Source of the DNA: Candidatus Spongiisociaceae bacterium
GTDB taxonomy: Bacteria > Actinomycetota > Acidimicrobiia > Spongiisociales > Spongiisociaceae
Direction of reading: 5' to 3'
Assembly: GCA_965262915.1 (NCBI GenBank)
Contig: OZ253564.1
Span: 4,320,001-4,384,000, forward strand
DNA length: 64,000 nt
Positions 11,185 through 21,312 of the stretch are shown here, piece after piece (position 1 is the stretch's first letter; every line of letters starts with the position of its first letter). A model generated the notes under the pieces. It saw nothing but the letters and a program-made list of their open reading frames with translations, searched no databases and was not told the origin of the DNA. A program made the translations under genes and the position numbers.

Positions 11185-13671
11185 ATGAACGAACCGACCA
11201 TCCACGACATCGAGCGGAGCGAGATCACCCGTAGGTGGTCGTTGGCGCTCGTCCTGACCATCGCCGTCACCCTGGTCCTCGCCACATGGATCGGCCTGTT
11301 CGGGTTCCTCGGCGCCAACGCCTCCTACGCGATGTTCGACCGGTTCGTGGAGCGGTGGGTACCGGAGACCGCGACCGAGGCCACCTTGTTCAACCTGCCG
11401 GAACTCTCCCAGGTCTCCCAGGTCTCCCGGATCTACACCGAGAACGGAAGGCAGCTGGCCGAGTTGCACGCCGGACGGATCTCGGAGCCGGCTCGCCTCT
11501 GGGAGATACCTGACGCCCTCATCTACGCGGTGCTGGCAGCCGAGGACGGCGACTACTTCGAGCACGAGGGGATCGACTTCGCCGCCATCGTGAGCGCCAT
11601 GCGGGACTACGTGACCGGCGCGTCCCGCCGCGGCGGCTCGACGATCACCCAGCAGATCGTCAAGAAGAACATCGTGGGTGACGAGTTGACCATCCAGCGC
11701 AAGATCCTGGAAGCGCTCTACGCCATCGAATTGGAGCAGCGGTACTCCAAGCGGGAGATTCTCGAGTTCTACCTCAACTCGGTCTACTTCGGCTGGTCGG
11801 CCTACGGGGTCAAGGCTGCGGCGTTGGAGTACTTCAAAAAGGAGCTGGCCGACCTGACGATCGCCGAGGCCGCGACCCTCGCGGTCACGATCCGGAATCC
11901 TTCCCTCTACGACCCCAGGCGCCAGCAGGAGCGCGCCCATGACCGGCGCGACGACGTGATCGACGCGATGGCCACCTCCGGCTTCATCAGCTTCGACCAG
12001 GCGGCTGAGGCCAGGGACGAGCCCTTCGTGATCCAGCCGCCTTCCCAGTTCCAGAGCCCGGCGGAGCACGTGGTGGCCGAGGTACGCCGCCAGCTTCTCA
12101 ACGACAACGAGTTCGCTTCTTCCCTGGGCGCCACCAAAGAGGAACGGAGGCGGGCGATCTTCGGTTGCCCCGCCCACGAGGTGGACTGTGAAGGCGGCGG
12201 GGGTCTCGAGATCTACGTCACGGTCGACCTGGACATCCAGCAGGCGGCGAACCGGATTCTCCAGTCATGGCTACCGGTCCCCGGAAGCGACTTCACCGAC
12301 GCCAGAGGCGCCCCGACCGGCGCCATCGCCATGGTCGAGAACCACACGGGAGCGGTGCTGGCCATGTCTTCGGGCCTCCCCTTCGAGCAGGAGCAGTTCG
12401 ACCTCGCCATCCAGGGCAGGAGGAACCCGGGGTCGGCCTTCAAGCCGTTCGTGCTCGCCGCCTATCTCGAAGGCGGAGGGAGCCTCCAGTCCTACCGGGA
12501 TGCCCGCAGCCCGATCGAGATCGAGTGCGAGGACCCCTGCGGTCCCGACGGCGGCTACATCTGGACGGTGCGCAACGCCGGGCGGGTCGACGACCTGATC
12601 ACCATCGCCAAGGCCACCGAGTCCTCGGTGAACGTCGTATATGCGCAGCTGGCGGTGGAGGTCGGTCCGAAGGCCATCATCCGCACCGCCCACGACATGG
12701 GTATCACATCGGAACTGGAGGAGGTGTACTCCCTGGCTCTGGGGGCCGGGGTGGTGAGTCCGCTGGAGATGGCCGCCGCCTACAGCACGCTGGCCACCAA
12801 CGGTGTCCACGCCGAGCCCTACCTGATTTCCCGCATCACCACCGGCACGGGGGAGGTCATCTACGAGCGGGACGTGCGGACCTACCAGGCTATCGATCCG
12901 GTCCTGGCTGCCGCGGTCCGCAAGCCCATGGAAAGGGTGGTGTGTTGCGGCACGGCCAGCCGGGCCATCATCGAGGGCGTCCCCCAGGCAGGAAAGACCG
13001 GCACCCACCAGGCATACCGGGACGCCTGGTTCGTCGGTTACGTTCCCAACTTCACGACCGCCGTGTGGGTCGGTTTCCCGGACGAGCAGGTGGCCCTGCG
13101 CGACGTGGTGATCAACGGCGAGAAGTACACGAGGGTGTTCGGTGGCTTGGTTCCCGCCCCGATATGGAAGGAGTTCATGGAGGTGGTACTCGCCAAGTAC
13201 CCGACAGGTGAGTTCCCGAGCAGTCTGGGAACCCGTCTATACAACGAGGTCCCGTTCACCGAGGTCCCTGACGTGGTGGGCCTCCACTCGGAGGAAGCCC
13301 TCGATGCCGTGCTAGCCGCCCGGCTGCTGCCGGAGGTGGAGGAGGTCGCCTCGCCCGAGGCCCCCGACACCGTGTTGCGAACCGACCCGGAAGCAGGCGA
13401 GGAGGCCGACGAGGGCTCGGCCGTACTGGTGCAGGTGTCCACCGGTCTTCCCACGCTCGTCGTGCCCGATCTGGTGGGCCAAGAGCCCCGCACCGCGCTC
13501 GAGTCGCTCCGGACCGCGCAGGAACAGGCGTCCATCGACCTCTCGGTCGAGATGCTCTACGAACCGGTCAGCGATCTCGAACAGGTGGATCGGGTGGTCC
13601 GTACCGAACCGGCCGCCGGTGAGCCCATCGACTCCGATGGCACGCTCTTCCTGGTGATCGGGACCGAATAG
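11185..13671 (+). CDS. Class A penicillin-binding protein with C-terminal PASTA-like domains
   Basis: N-terminal TM; transglycosylase EDGDYFEHEG and GGSTITQQ; transpeptidase SAFK, SVN, KTGT; VPDVVG/VPDLVG PASTA starts. Confidence 0.93.
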   Translation: MNEPTIHDIERSEITRRWSLALVLTIAVTLVLATWIGLFGFLGANASYAMFDRFVERWVPETATEATLFNLPELSQVSQVSRIYTENGRQLAELHAGRISEPARLWEIPDALIYAVLAAEDGDYFEHEGIDFAAIVSAMRDYVTGASRRGGSTITQQIVKKNIVGDELTIQRKILEALYAIELEQRYSKREILEFYLNSVYFGWSAYGVKAAALEYFKKELADLTIAEAATLAVTIRNPSLYDPRRQQERAHDRRDDVIDAMATSGFISFDQAAEARDEPFVIQPPSQFQSPAEHVVAEVRRQLLNDNEFASSLGATKEERRRAIFGCPAHEVDCEGGGGLEIYVTVDLDIQQAANRILQSWLPVPGSDFTDARGAPTGAIAMVENHTGAVLAMSSGLPFEQEQFDLAIQGRRNPGSAFKPFVLAAYLEGGGSLQSYRDARSPIEIECEDPCGPDGGYIWTVRNAGRVDDLITIAKATESSVNVVYAQLAVEVGPKAIIRTAHDMGITSELEEVYSLALGAGVVSPLEMAAAYSTLATNGVHAEPYLISRITTGTGEVIYERDVRTYQAIDPVLAAAVRKPMERVVCCGTASRAIIEGVPQAGKTGTHQAYRDAWFVGYVPNFTTAVWVGFPDEQVALRDVVINGEKYTRVFGGLVPAPIWKEFMEVVLAKYPTGEFPSSLGTRLYNEVPFTEVPDVVGLHSEEALDAVLAARLLPEVEEVASPEAPDTVLRTDPEAGEEADEGSAVLVQVSTGLPTLVVPDLVGQEPRTALESLRTAQEQASIDLSVEMLYEPVSDLEQVDRVVRTEPAAGEPIDSDGTLFLVIGTE

Positions 13672-13768
13672 AGAAGCCTTGCAGGCTATGCGGAGTCCCG
13701 GCGAAGAGCGTTCTTCTGTAGGATGACAAAAATAGTCGCTAACTAACTATTGGAAACCAACGTTATCT

Positions 13769-14263
13769 ATGTATACTAGTGCCATGCGGTTCGCAGCGCC
13801 CGGAACTGTCCGTTTGGATGATAGTCCTCCCGTCGCCACGGACATCGCGCCGAAACCGGGCGCCGCGGTCCGCATCTCCAGCCAGCAGAGATACCACATC
13901 ACCCCCCGCCTGTGGCCGCAGAGGCTCAAAGGTGGTGTCGATCCGTCCCACGCCTACGTCCGCACCTACTGGACGGCGGTGCTGGGGGCCGGCGCGGTGG
14001 CGGAACTGCTCCGCGTGATCGCCGCGGCAAAGCATGAAGCGGCCATCCCGCATCCGGTCTTCCTTCCCGTACTGTGCCGCGAAGGGCTGGTCCACTACGC
14101 CAGGCGGGCGGTTTGGGTGCGGGATCTGGTTCCGCCCCTCGGTCGGCGCCACCTGGCGCGCCTCACGCCTGCCCTCCGGCAACGCCACGACCGCGACCTC
14201 GCCGCGGCCCGCCATGGATGGCCGGTGGCCGGCCGCGCGGCGCCGGTCGTCGGCGGGGGGTGA
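13769..14263 (+). CDS. Hypothetical protein
   Basis: Codon-plausible ORF co-oriented between the PBP and sirtuin genes; YVRTYWTAVLG segment; start may be ATG 13784. Confidence 0.55.
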   Translation: MYTSAMRFAAPGTVRLDDSPPVATDIAPKPGAAVRISSQQRYHITPRLWPQRLKGGVDPSHAYVRTYWTAVLGAGAVAELLRVIAAAKHEAAIPHPVFLPVLCREGLVHYARRAVWVRDLVPPLGRRHLARLTPALRQRHDRDLAAARHGWPVAGRAAPVVGGG

Positions 14264-14345
14264 TCAGCGACCGGCCGATCCTCCACTCGGCGTCGCTGTC
14301 CGCCCAGCCACCGAGTTCCCTGCCGATTGGGATCCGGCGGGGTCC

Positions 14346-14447
14346 GAGAGGATGGTGCAAACCCCTTCACGGCCCTGTCGACCGATGACACAATGCCTGT
14401 TCAGCAGAAGACGGCCCGTTGCTCCCCACCGTTTGCACCACCCTCCT
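14346..14447 (+). mobile_element. ~100-bp MITE (family A), copy 2
   Basis: IR GAGGATGGTGCAAA / TTTGCACCACCCTC; interior matches the other A copies. Confidence 0.85.
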
Positions 14448-14473
14448 CGGGAACGAACTGTCGACTGCCTACC

Positions 14474-15244
14474 ATGGGCACCACCATGCCGGACCCCATC
14501 GAAGCCGCCGCTGCCCTGCTGCACGGCTCGACCCGCATCCTGATCTTCACCGGGGCAGGGGTATCCACCGAGTCGGGAATACCCGACTTTCGCGGCCCCG
14601 ACGGCCTGTGGAAGAAGGTCGACCCCGACGACTTCACCATCGCCCGCTACCTGTCCTCGGCGGGTGCCCGGAAACGAAGCTGGATCAGGTGGTCGACCTC
14701 CCCCCTGCGGCATGCCCGACCCAACGCCGCCCACCGGGCGGTCACCGAGTTGGCCGGGATGGGGCGGCTGGAAGGGTGTGTCACCCAGAACATCGACGGC
14801 CTCCACCAGGCAGCCGGCCTACCCGACGAGTTGACGGTCGAGGTACACGGCAACGTGTGGTCGGTTCTCTGCCTCGTCTGCCCCGCGCGGTGGCCGACCG
14901 AGGAGGTGTTCGCCCGGGTGGAGAGCGGGGACGAGGATCCGCACTGCCCCCACTGCGGGGGCATCATCAAGCTGACGGTGATCTCCTTCGGCCAGGCCAT
15001 GCCGGCCGGCGAGATGAACCGCGCCTACGCCATGGCCCGCCACACCGATGGGGTGGTCGCCGTCGGTACCACCCTCTCGGTGTGGCCCGCGGCGGACATC
15101 CCCTTGGCGGCCGCCCGCAGGGGTGTCCCATTCGTGATCATCAACATGGGCCCCACCGATTTGGACAGCAGCGCCGACGTTGCCGTCGAGCAGCCCGCCG
15201 GAAAGGCCATGACCCGGCTGGTGGCGTTGCTCCGGGAGGGATGA
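14474..15244 (+). CDS. cobB: Sir2/CobB NAD-dependent protein deacylase
   Basis: FTGAGVSTESGIPDFRG, TQNIDGLHQAAG, catalytic HG and two CxxC zinc motifs. Confidence 0.9.
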   Translation: MGTTMPDPIEAAAALLHGSTRILIFTGAGVSTESGIPDFRGPDGLWKKVDPDDFTIARYLSSAGARKRSWIRWSTSPLRHARPNAAHRAVTELAGMGRLEGCVTQNIDGLHQAAGLPDELTVEVHGNVWSVLCLVCPARWPTEEVFARVESGDEDPHCPHCGGIIKLTVISFGQAMPAGEMNRAYAMARHTDGVVAVGTTLSVWPAADIPLAAARRGVPFVIINMGPTDLDSSADVAVEQPAGKAMTRLVALLREG

Positions 15245-15330
15245 CGGGCATTCGAGCCGCGCGGAGGCCTACCGGGGAGGGATCACGGTTGCCATCCTCA
15301 ATCGGCACCGGGGTCGGGTACCCTGCCTCT

Positions 15331-16497
15331 ATGACCGCCTCCTACATCGACATGGTCGTCGCAGCCCGCCGCCGCATCCGGGAGATGTCGGTGGACGAGT
15401 TGTGGGCCTCGCTCGACAGCGGACAGGTAATGCTGATCGACGTGCGGGAGGGAGTGGAATGGGAGCAGGGGAAGATCCCGGGCGCCTGCCACATTCCGCG
15501 CGGCGTCCTGGAAGGCAACATCCACCGGCTAGGCGGGCCGACCGACCGCACCATCGTGCTTTACTGCTCCGTGGGCGCCCGCTCCGCTCTGGCCGCCCAG
15601 ACCCTCGAGACGATGGGATACCCAGGCGCCTGCTCGCTGGCGGGCGGCTTCCAAGCCTGGAAGACCCGGGGGGGACCGTGGGACATGCCGACCGGTCTTT
15701 CCACCGCCCAGCAGGGCCGCTACGACCGTCACCTCCGGCTTCCGGGGGTGGGAGAGCCGGGCCAGCGCAGGCTACTCGGCGCCCGGGTGCTGATCCTGGG
15801 CGCGGGCGGCCTCGGGTCACCGGCCGCCCTCTACCTGGCAGCAGCGGGGGTCGGAACGATCGGTATCGTCGACCACGACCGGGTGGACATCACCAACCTC
15901 CAGCGCCAGATCCTCCACGACGTGCGGTCGGTAGGTCGCAACAAGACCGAGTCGGCTCGCCACACCCTCGAGGCGCTCAACCCCGACGTGTCGGTCCAGA
16001 CCCATCAGGTGCGGCTGGAGGCGGCGGGAGTCCTCCAACTCCTGGACGGCTACGACCTCGTGATCGACGGTAGCGACAACTTCCCCACCCGCTACCTGCT
16101 CAACGACGCCTCGATACGCCTCGGAATCCCGGTGGTACACGGCTCGGTGTTCCGCTTCGAGGGTCAGGTGAGCCTGTTCGATCCCGCCTCGGGACCCTGC
16201 TACCGGTGCCTCTTCCCCCAACCCCCGTCTCCCGATCTGGCCCCCAACTGCGACGAGGCAGGCGTGCTGGGCGTACTCCCCGGCGTGATAGGAACCCTGC
16301 AGGCGACCGAGGCGCTCAAGTGGCTGCTCGGCATAGGCGATCCCCTTGTGGGAAGGATCCTCCTCTACGACGCCCTCACGCAGCGGTTCCGTACCCTCAC
16401 CTTCTCCAAGTCCGCCGACTGCCCCGCCTGCGGCGACCCCGAACGTCCCCCGCCGCTGGTGGACTATGACGAGACCTGCGTAGCCGGTGGCCGGTAG
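15331..16497 (+). CDS. moeB: Rhodanese + ThiF/MoeB adenylyltransferase (MoeZ/MoeB-like)
   Basis: N-terminal rhodanese (IDVRE, YCSVGARS); RYDRHL, GAGGLGSP, NLQRQILH, DNFPTRY, CYRC and CPAC. Confidence 0.9.
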   Translation: MTASYIDMVVAARRRIREMSVDELWASLDSGQVMLIDVREGVEWEQGKIPGACHIPRGVLEGNIHRLGGPTDRTIVLYCSVGARSALAAQTLETMGYPGACSLAGGFQAWKTRGGPWDMPTGLSTAQQGRYDRHLRLPGVGEPGQRRLLGARVLILGAGGLGSPAALYLAAAGVGTIGIVDHDRVDITNLQRQILHDVRSVGRNKTESARHTLEALNPDVSVQTHQVRLEAAGVLQLLDGYDLVIDGSDNFPTRYLLNDASIRLGIPVVHGSVFRFEGQVSLFDPASGPCYRCLFPQPPSPDLAPNCDEAGVLGVLPGVIGTLQATEALKWLLGIGDPLVGRILLYDALTQRFRTLTFSKSADCPACGDPERPPPLVDYDETCVAGGR

Positions 16498-16521
16498 CCA
16501 CTAGCCGGCAACCGGTTGCCG
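16480..16521 (+). repeat. Heptamer tandem array overlapping the moeB stop
   Basis: GTAGCCG GTGGCCG GTAGCCA CTAGCCG GCAACCG GTTGCCG. Confidence 0.7.
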
Positions 16522-16564
16522 ATGGTCCGTGGCGGGAGGGCGGCGCGTTCAGCGAGCAGGACGA

Positions 16565-17230
16565 TCACATAAGCGCGACGCGATAGGACGCCAGGATCCC
16601 CTCGACGTAGAGCCGGCCAGCTCCGGCATCGAGGTTCTGGTCGCCCGGCGGAACCGGTAGGCCGTCGGTCACTTCCTCGAAGCAATCGTCCGGGCAGCGG
16701 TCCGCGTAGAAGACGTAGGCGAAGCTCTCGGGCTCCCGACGCGATGGCCATGTCAGACCACCGGCCCATGGCGCCCAGCCTCGTATCGCCGAGGACCACC
16801 GGCGCGTCATCGCGTAGTCGGCGGCCGGCGCGACCGTAAGCCAAGTGTCCTGTCCTACCGCGGCGAGATCCCTGCCCGAGCGGAGGCTCACGAGTTCCAT
16901 ATCGAGTGTGGTGGTCATCCAGCTGACCCGTAGGGTCGAGAGCCTGGCGCGCGGGAGCAGGCGGGCGCCGCGTTCGTCGATCGGGAGATCGCGGAGCAGC
17001 GTTTCGGAGACAACGGTTCCATCGTCCTCTGCAGCGTATAGGAACGGGTGAACATCATCGGGGGTGGCGTCGAAGCGGCCTCCCGACAGATCACTCCCGG
17101 CGAGCGTCGGGTTGAACATCGTCACGTGGAAGGCTGCGCTATGGATTCGCGTCAGCCTCGTTCCTGCCGGAAGCAGGAACCGGCGTGGCATGTCGTCGTA
17201 GCGAGGGGGAGGCGCCTGGTTCGGCGACAA
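16565..17230 (-). CDS. RES-domain toxin-like protein
   Basis: LTRIH...FNP...GGRFD...FLYAA...SETLLR...WPSR pattern of RES domains; 7 bp downstream of an antitoxin-like gene. Confidence 0.8.
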   Translation of the reverse strand: MSPNQAPPPRYDDMPRRFLLPAGTRLTRIHSAAFHVTMFNPTLAGSDLSGGRFDATPDDVHPFLYAAEDDGTVVSETLLRDLPIDERGARLLPRARLSTLRVSWMTTTLDMELVSLRSGRDLAAVGQDTWLTVAPAADYAMTRRWSSAIRGWAPWAGGLTWPSRREPESFAYVFYADRCPDDCFEEVTDGLPVPPGDQNLDAGAGRLYVEGILASYRVALM

Positions 17231-17237
17231 GGGCCGC

Positions 17238-17957
17238 CTACCCGACCGGCTCGACGACCGCCTCCGCCACGGCTATCAGTTCGTCGGCTCGGTCGGTCCC
17301 GACGAGATCGACAGGCCGGGCGCCGAGGCGCGCGTGGAGGGAGATCCACCAGGACGCAACACCCCACGGATCGCCGGCGGCCTCCAGCCGTTCGTTCACC
17401 GCCCGCACATCGGCGAATACATCACGTCGCCCCGAGTCGAACTGGAACGCCGGATAGAGATACCCGCGACCCGATGCCAGGCCCAGCAGCCACGAACGCA
17501 CGCGATACCTGCGGACCTTCTCACGGTTGGTCCCCTTCGCTCCGAGGGCGACGGCAGCATCTCTCGCCTCGAGCATGGGCTCACGCCAGATCGTCTGTAT
17601 CGCCTCCCCCTGGAGCCTGGCCTGAGCCATGACCGTCTGCTCGAACCGGTCCAGCACGCGGCGTGGTTCCCCTCCGAGCCTCCGAGCCAGGTCCTTGGCC
17701 TGCGCGAGCAGTGTCAACCAACTCCGTAGCCGGTACTCATCGCCCCGCAGCGCATGATGGCGTGCGGCGAGACACGCCGCCGCGTCGAGCAGATCCGCCT
17801 CCCCGAACGACGGCCCGGCTGCAGGGCGCACCGGAATCTCGCCGACGTCCGCACCCCGACGCAACACGAGCGTCATGAGCGCCTGTTCCAGATCCTCATC
17901 GCTGAGTTCCGGATCCAAGTCCCGGATTCGCCTGTCGAACTCCGTCCGGCTCGCCAA
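17238..17957 (-). CDS. Xre/MbcA/ParS-like antitoxin
   Basis: C-terminal YLYPAFQFD...DPWGVASWW...LGARPVDLV, typical of RES-associated antitoxins. Confidence 0.72.
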   Translation of the reverse strand: MASRTEFDRRIRDLDPELSDEDLEQALMTLVLRRGADVGEIPVRPAAGPSFGEADLLDAAACLAARHHALRGDEYRLRSWLTLLAQAKDLARRLGGEPRRVLDRFEQTVMAQARLQGEAIQTIWREPMLEARDAAVALGAKGTNREKVRRYRVRSWLLGLASGRGYLYPAFQFDSGRRDVFADVRAVNERLEAAGDPWGVASWWISLHARLGARPVDLVGTDRADELIAVAEAVVEPVG

Positions 17958-18110
17958 CGGGACCGCCTCCTCCCTCTTGCTGACGGTAGTACCATTATCC
18001 CATTGACGTCACGACCGTCAACCCGAAGCGCGCGGAGGCGGGGCGACACTACCGCTCGGTCGGTAGCCGGTAGCCGCTTACAGGTGGTCCGCAGCGGGAC
18101 GGCGCCGAGT

Positions 18111-19388
18111 TCAGCGGGCTCCGAAGCCGCTGAGGACGGTCCAGCAGGTGCGCCCGAGTATCTCCAAGTCGAGCCAGGGACTCATGTGCTTCAGGTAGAA
18201 GAGGTCGTAGGTGAGCTTGTCGATGGTGTCCGCATCGCTGTCGGCGTACCCGTAGTTCACCTGTGCCCAGCCGGTGAGTCCCGGACGGACCAAGTGGCGG
18301 TGCTCGTAGAAGGGTATGGTCCGGGAGAACCGCTCTACGAACTCCACCTGCTCGGGGCGGGGACCGACCAGGCTCAGATCTCCCTTGAGGACGTTCCAAA
18401 GCTGCGGTAGTTCGTCCAGCCGGAAGCGGCGCAGCCAGCGGCCCACGGGCACGACGCGGTCATCCCGCTCCCGGGTGAACGAAGGCCCGTGCAGCTCCGA
18501 GCCCTCCCACATCGACCGGAACTTGTACTGAGTGAACGGCACTCCGCCCCGGCCTACCCGCGTCTGGCGGAAGACTATCGATCCCGCCGAGCTGAGAAGG
18601 ATGGAAGCCGCTACCCACCCTGCTATCACCAACGTCAGCGGAGCAGTCACCAGGACAGCCAGCAGGTCGAACATCCGCTTGCCGGGTAGGTAGGGGGCCG
18701 TCCGTAGAACGGGTGCAGAGAGCTCCCAGCCTTCCACCAGGGCGACCACCGGCATTCGGCCGGTATGCATCTCGTAGATCTGGGTCAGGGGGCGCACGTC
18801 GAATCCGGCCAGCGTGCACGAAGAGACATATTGGGCCATGCGGTCCGACAGGACCGACTTGAGATCGATCCCCAGGACCACCCCGGGAGCGAGAGGCTCG
18901 ATCTGCCCGGTCGTCGACGGGTCGAGGAGCGAGACGACGTTTGCATGGGGCGCATTGCGCAGATCGTCGACCAACCCTTTCTCATCGGTCACCAGCACCA
19001 TCGACTCCGTCCACGGCCGGCGCCGGTGTAGTGCCCGATGCCCCACGGCCCCGAGCAGGAACAACGCCATCGACCATCCGATGAGCGACCTCGAGAAGTA
19101 GACCCTGGTGGCGACCAGCGACAGCGAGGTGGTACCCAGGACTATGAGCATCACCGCGAGCGCCCTGCCGTAGCTGGGACGCGGGGCGCTGCCCACCAGT
19201 AGCCTCGAAACGACCCACTCAGCCAGGGCGAGACCGCCAAACATGATCGCAAGCAGCGAGACCACCTGCGGTTCGAACCGCCACGGAAAGGGGGTACCGA
19301 AATTGACCAGCGATCCCACGGCGATCGATACCGCCAGGGTCGCCCCGTCGAGCAGGGCTTGGGTCCGCAAGATTCTGAGCCGCATCAT
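18111..19388 (-). CDS. Priming polyprenyl-phosphate sugar phosphotransferase (WcaJ/WbaP type)
   Basis: Four N-terminal TMs; KRMFDL, YKFRSM, RLDELPQLWNVLKGDLSLVGPRPE, PGLTGWAQV. Confidence 0.93.
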   Translation of the reverse strand: MMRLRILRTQALLDGATLAVSIAVGSLVNFGTPFPWRFEPQVVSLLAIMFGGLALAEWVVSRLLVGSAPRPSYGRALAVMLIVLGTTSLSLVATRVYFSRSLIGWSMALFLLGAVGHRALHRRRPWTESMVLVTDEKGLVDDLRNAPHANVVSLLDPSTTGQIEPLAPGVVLGIDLKSVLSDRMAQYVSSCTLAGFDVRPLTQIYEMHTGRMPVVALVEGWELSAPVLRTAPYLPGKRMFDLLAVLVTAPLTLVIAGWVAASILLSSAGSIVFRQTRVGRGGVPFTQYKFRSMWEGSELHGPSFTRERDDRVVPVGRWLRRFRLDELPQLWNVLKGDLSLVGPRPEQVEFVERFSRTIPFYEHRHLVRPGLTGWAQVNYGYADSDADTIDKLTYDLFYLKHMSPWLDLEILGRTCWTVLSGFGAR

Positions 19389-19684
19389 CAGCCTGTCGCG
19401 TGTGGCCGGGTAGGGAAGATCAGACTAGCCCAAGAACCGGCGTCCGGCCGCCCTCGAACATAGGGAACGGTCGAGATCCGTTCTCAGGAGCCCGTAGTTG
19501 CGTGTCATCGCCACGGTGAAGTGAGTACGTAACAGAGATACGGGCACCAGGACCCGGATCGACTGCTCGATCCACCCCACCAGCGGAACAGCCACAGCCA
19601 ACCAGATAGAAGGAGAAGACGCCGGCGCGATCGACGCAGGGAGGAGATGGCCAGGACCGTAGAACCCTGTCGACCGCGTGCCGG

Positions 19685-19780
19685 GAGGGTGCTGAGAAAC
19701 CCCCGACGGCCCGACGGTCAAGGACAGAATGCCACTTCAGCGGACGATGGGATAACCATTCGACCCGTCATTCAGCGCCC
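19685..19780. mobile_element. ~100-bp MITE (family B)
   Basis: Begins GAGGGTGCTGAGAAAC; aligns with the reverse complement of 863-960; abuts the pepA TAG stop. Confidence 0.75.
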
Positions 19781-21259
19781 CTAACCGGCCATCCTCTCCT
19801 CCGGGGACCCAACCCCAGCTTCGGCCAGGTCGGCCGCCAGGGCGACCAGCGTGCGAACCCCGAACCCCGAACCCCCCTTCACCTGATAATGCTCGTCCAT
19901 GGGCCAGCGGGCCGGCCCGGCAATGTCCAAGTGCACCCACGGTACCTCGCCCACGAACTCCTTCAGCAGCAGCGCCGCGGTCAGGGCGCCGCCCCATCTC
20001 CCACCGATGTTCTTCATGTCGGCCATAGGCGTGTCGATAAGGGAGCGGTAGTCGTCGGGCAGGGGCAGGTGCCACAGTCGCTCTCCCACCTCGCGCCCTA
20101 CCTTGGCTATCCGATTCACCAACTGGTCGTCGTTCCCCATCAGCCCGGCGATCTTCGCCCCCAGGGCCACTTTGCAGGCACCCGTCAGGGTTGCCAGATC
20201 CACCATCAGGTCGGGCTCGTACTCGACGCCCAAGGCCAGCGCATCGGCTAGTACCAGCCGGCCCTCGGCATCGGTGTTCAGCACCTCGATGGTCTTGCCG
20301 TTGCGGGTCGTGAGCACGTCTCCGGGTTTGGTCGCGAGCGGTCCCGGCATGTTGTCGGTCAGCGGGGTCAGGCCCAACACCTTCACCGGGAGCCCTAGGC
20401 GGGCGATCGCCTGGATGGCGGCCAGCACCGCCGCCGCCCCCGACATATCGGTCTTCATCGTCTCCATCGCAGTTGCGGGCTTGATACTCAACCCGCCGGA
20501 GTCGAAGGTGATCCCCTTGCCCACGAATGCCATGAAGGCCTCCGCCCCGTCCGGCTCGTACCAAACCTCGAGCAGCCGGGGTGGACGGTCGGATCCGGCC
20601 GCCACCCCCAGGATCCCACCGAAACCCCCCTCGGCCAGCGCGTCCCGGTCATGGACCACCACCCTGAGACCGAGAGTGTCGGCAAACTCCTCGACCTTGT
20701 CCTGGATCGCCACGGGCGCCTTGTCCCGAGCGGGCGTATTGACCAGATCCCGGGCCCAGCACACGGCATCCGCCACGATCTGTCCCGCCCGGGACTCCCC
20801 GGGATTCTCCTCTCCGACCACCAGCAGCGATTCCGTCAGGGCCGGATCGGGCTTGCTCAGGTAGCGGTCGTAGGAGTACTGGGACATGATGAACCCCTCG
20901 ACGACAGCCGCCACCGGACCCTCTCGAGCCAGCGTGGTGGCGACCGCCGGTTCCCGGGACGACTTGCGACCCAGGATCCCCGCCGCCCGGCGGACACCGT
21001 CGGCTCCCGGCTCGTCGCCCAGCCCGAGGGCTATCACGGTGTGGGGCCGAGCGGTCCCGGTCTGGTAGGTGACGGTCTGGCCGGACTTGCCCTCGAACCG
21101 GGCCCGTTCCAGGGCGCCGACGAAACCCGTCCCGAGCGACTCGACGTAGGCCTCCGCGTCCCCCGGCCATACCGGTCCGGGCCGGGCCGCCAGACCTATC
21201 ACTCCGGCGTCGGCCGCCGCGTCGGCCAGTGACGCCACGAACGCAACATCCACGCGCAT
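19781..21259 (-). CDS. pepA: Leucyl aminopeptidase (M17)
   Basis: VGKGITFDSGG, MKTDMSGAA, NTDAEGRL, ATLTGA, HLDIAG; RBS AAGGAGA before ATG 21259. Confidence 0.95.
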   Translation of the reverse strand: MRVDVAFVASLADAAADAGVIGLAARPGPVWPGDAEAYVESLGTGFVGALERARFEGKSGQTVTYQTGTARPHTVIALGLGDEPGADGVRRAAGILGRKSSREPAVATTLAREGPVAAVVEGFIMSQYSYDRYLSKPDPALTESLLVVGEENPGESRAGQIVADAVCWARDLVNTPARDKAPVAIQDKVEEFADTLGLRVVVHDRDALAEGGFGGILGVAAGSDRPPRLLEVWYEPDGAEAFMAFVGKGITFDSGGLSIKPATAMETMKTDMSGAAAVLAAIQAIARLGLPVKVLGLTPLTDNMPGPLATKPGDVLTTRNGKTIEVLNTDAEGRLVLADALALGVEYEPDLMVDLATLTGACKVALGAKIAGLMGNDDQLVNRIAKVGREVGERLWHLPLPDDYRSLIDTPMADMKNIGGRWGGALTAALLLKEFVGEVPWVHLDIAGPARWPMDEHYQVKGGSGFGVRTLVALAADLAEAGVGSPEERMAG

Positions 21260-21312
21260 TCTCCTTGTCCGCTGCTTCGGTGGTGCTGGATGGCAGACCA
21301 CCGGGGACGATC

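Noticed and set aside
14419-15330. Apparent N-terminal extension fusing the sirtuin region to MoeB
   Set aside because: It overlaps the sirtuin in a different frame; MoeB similarity begins at ATG 15331.
19425-19721. 98-aa ORF between the priming GT and pepA
   Set aside because: It starts inside a MITE and has no recognisable homology; possibly a fragment.
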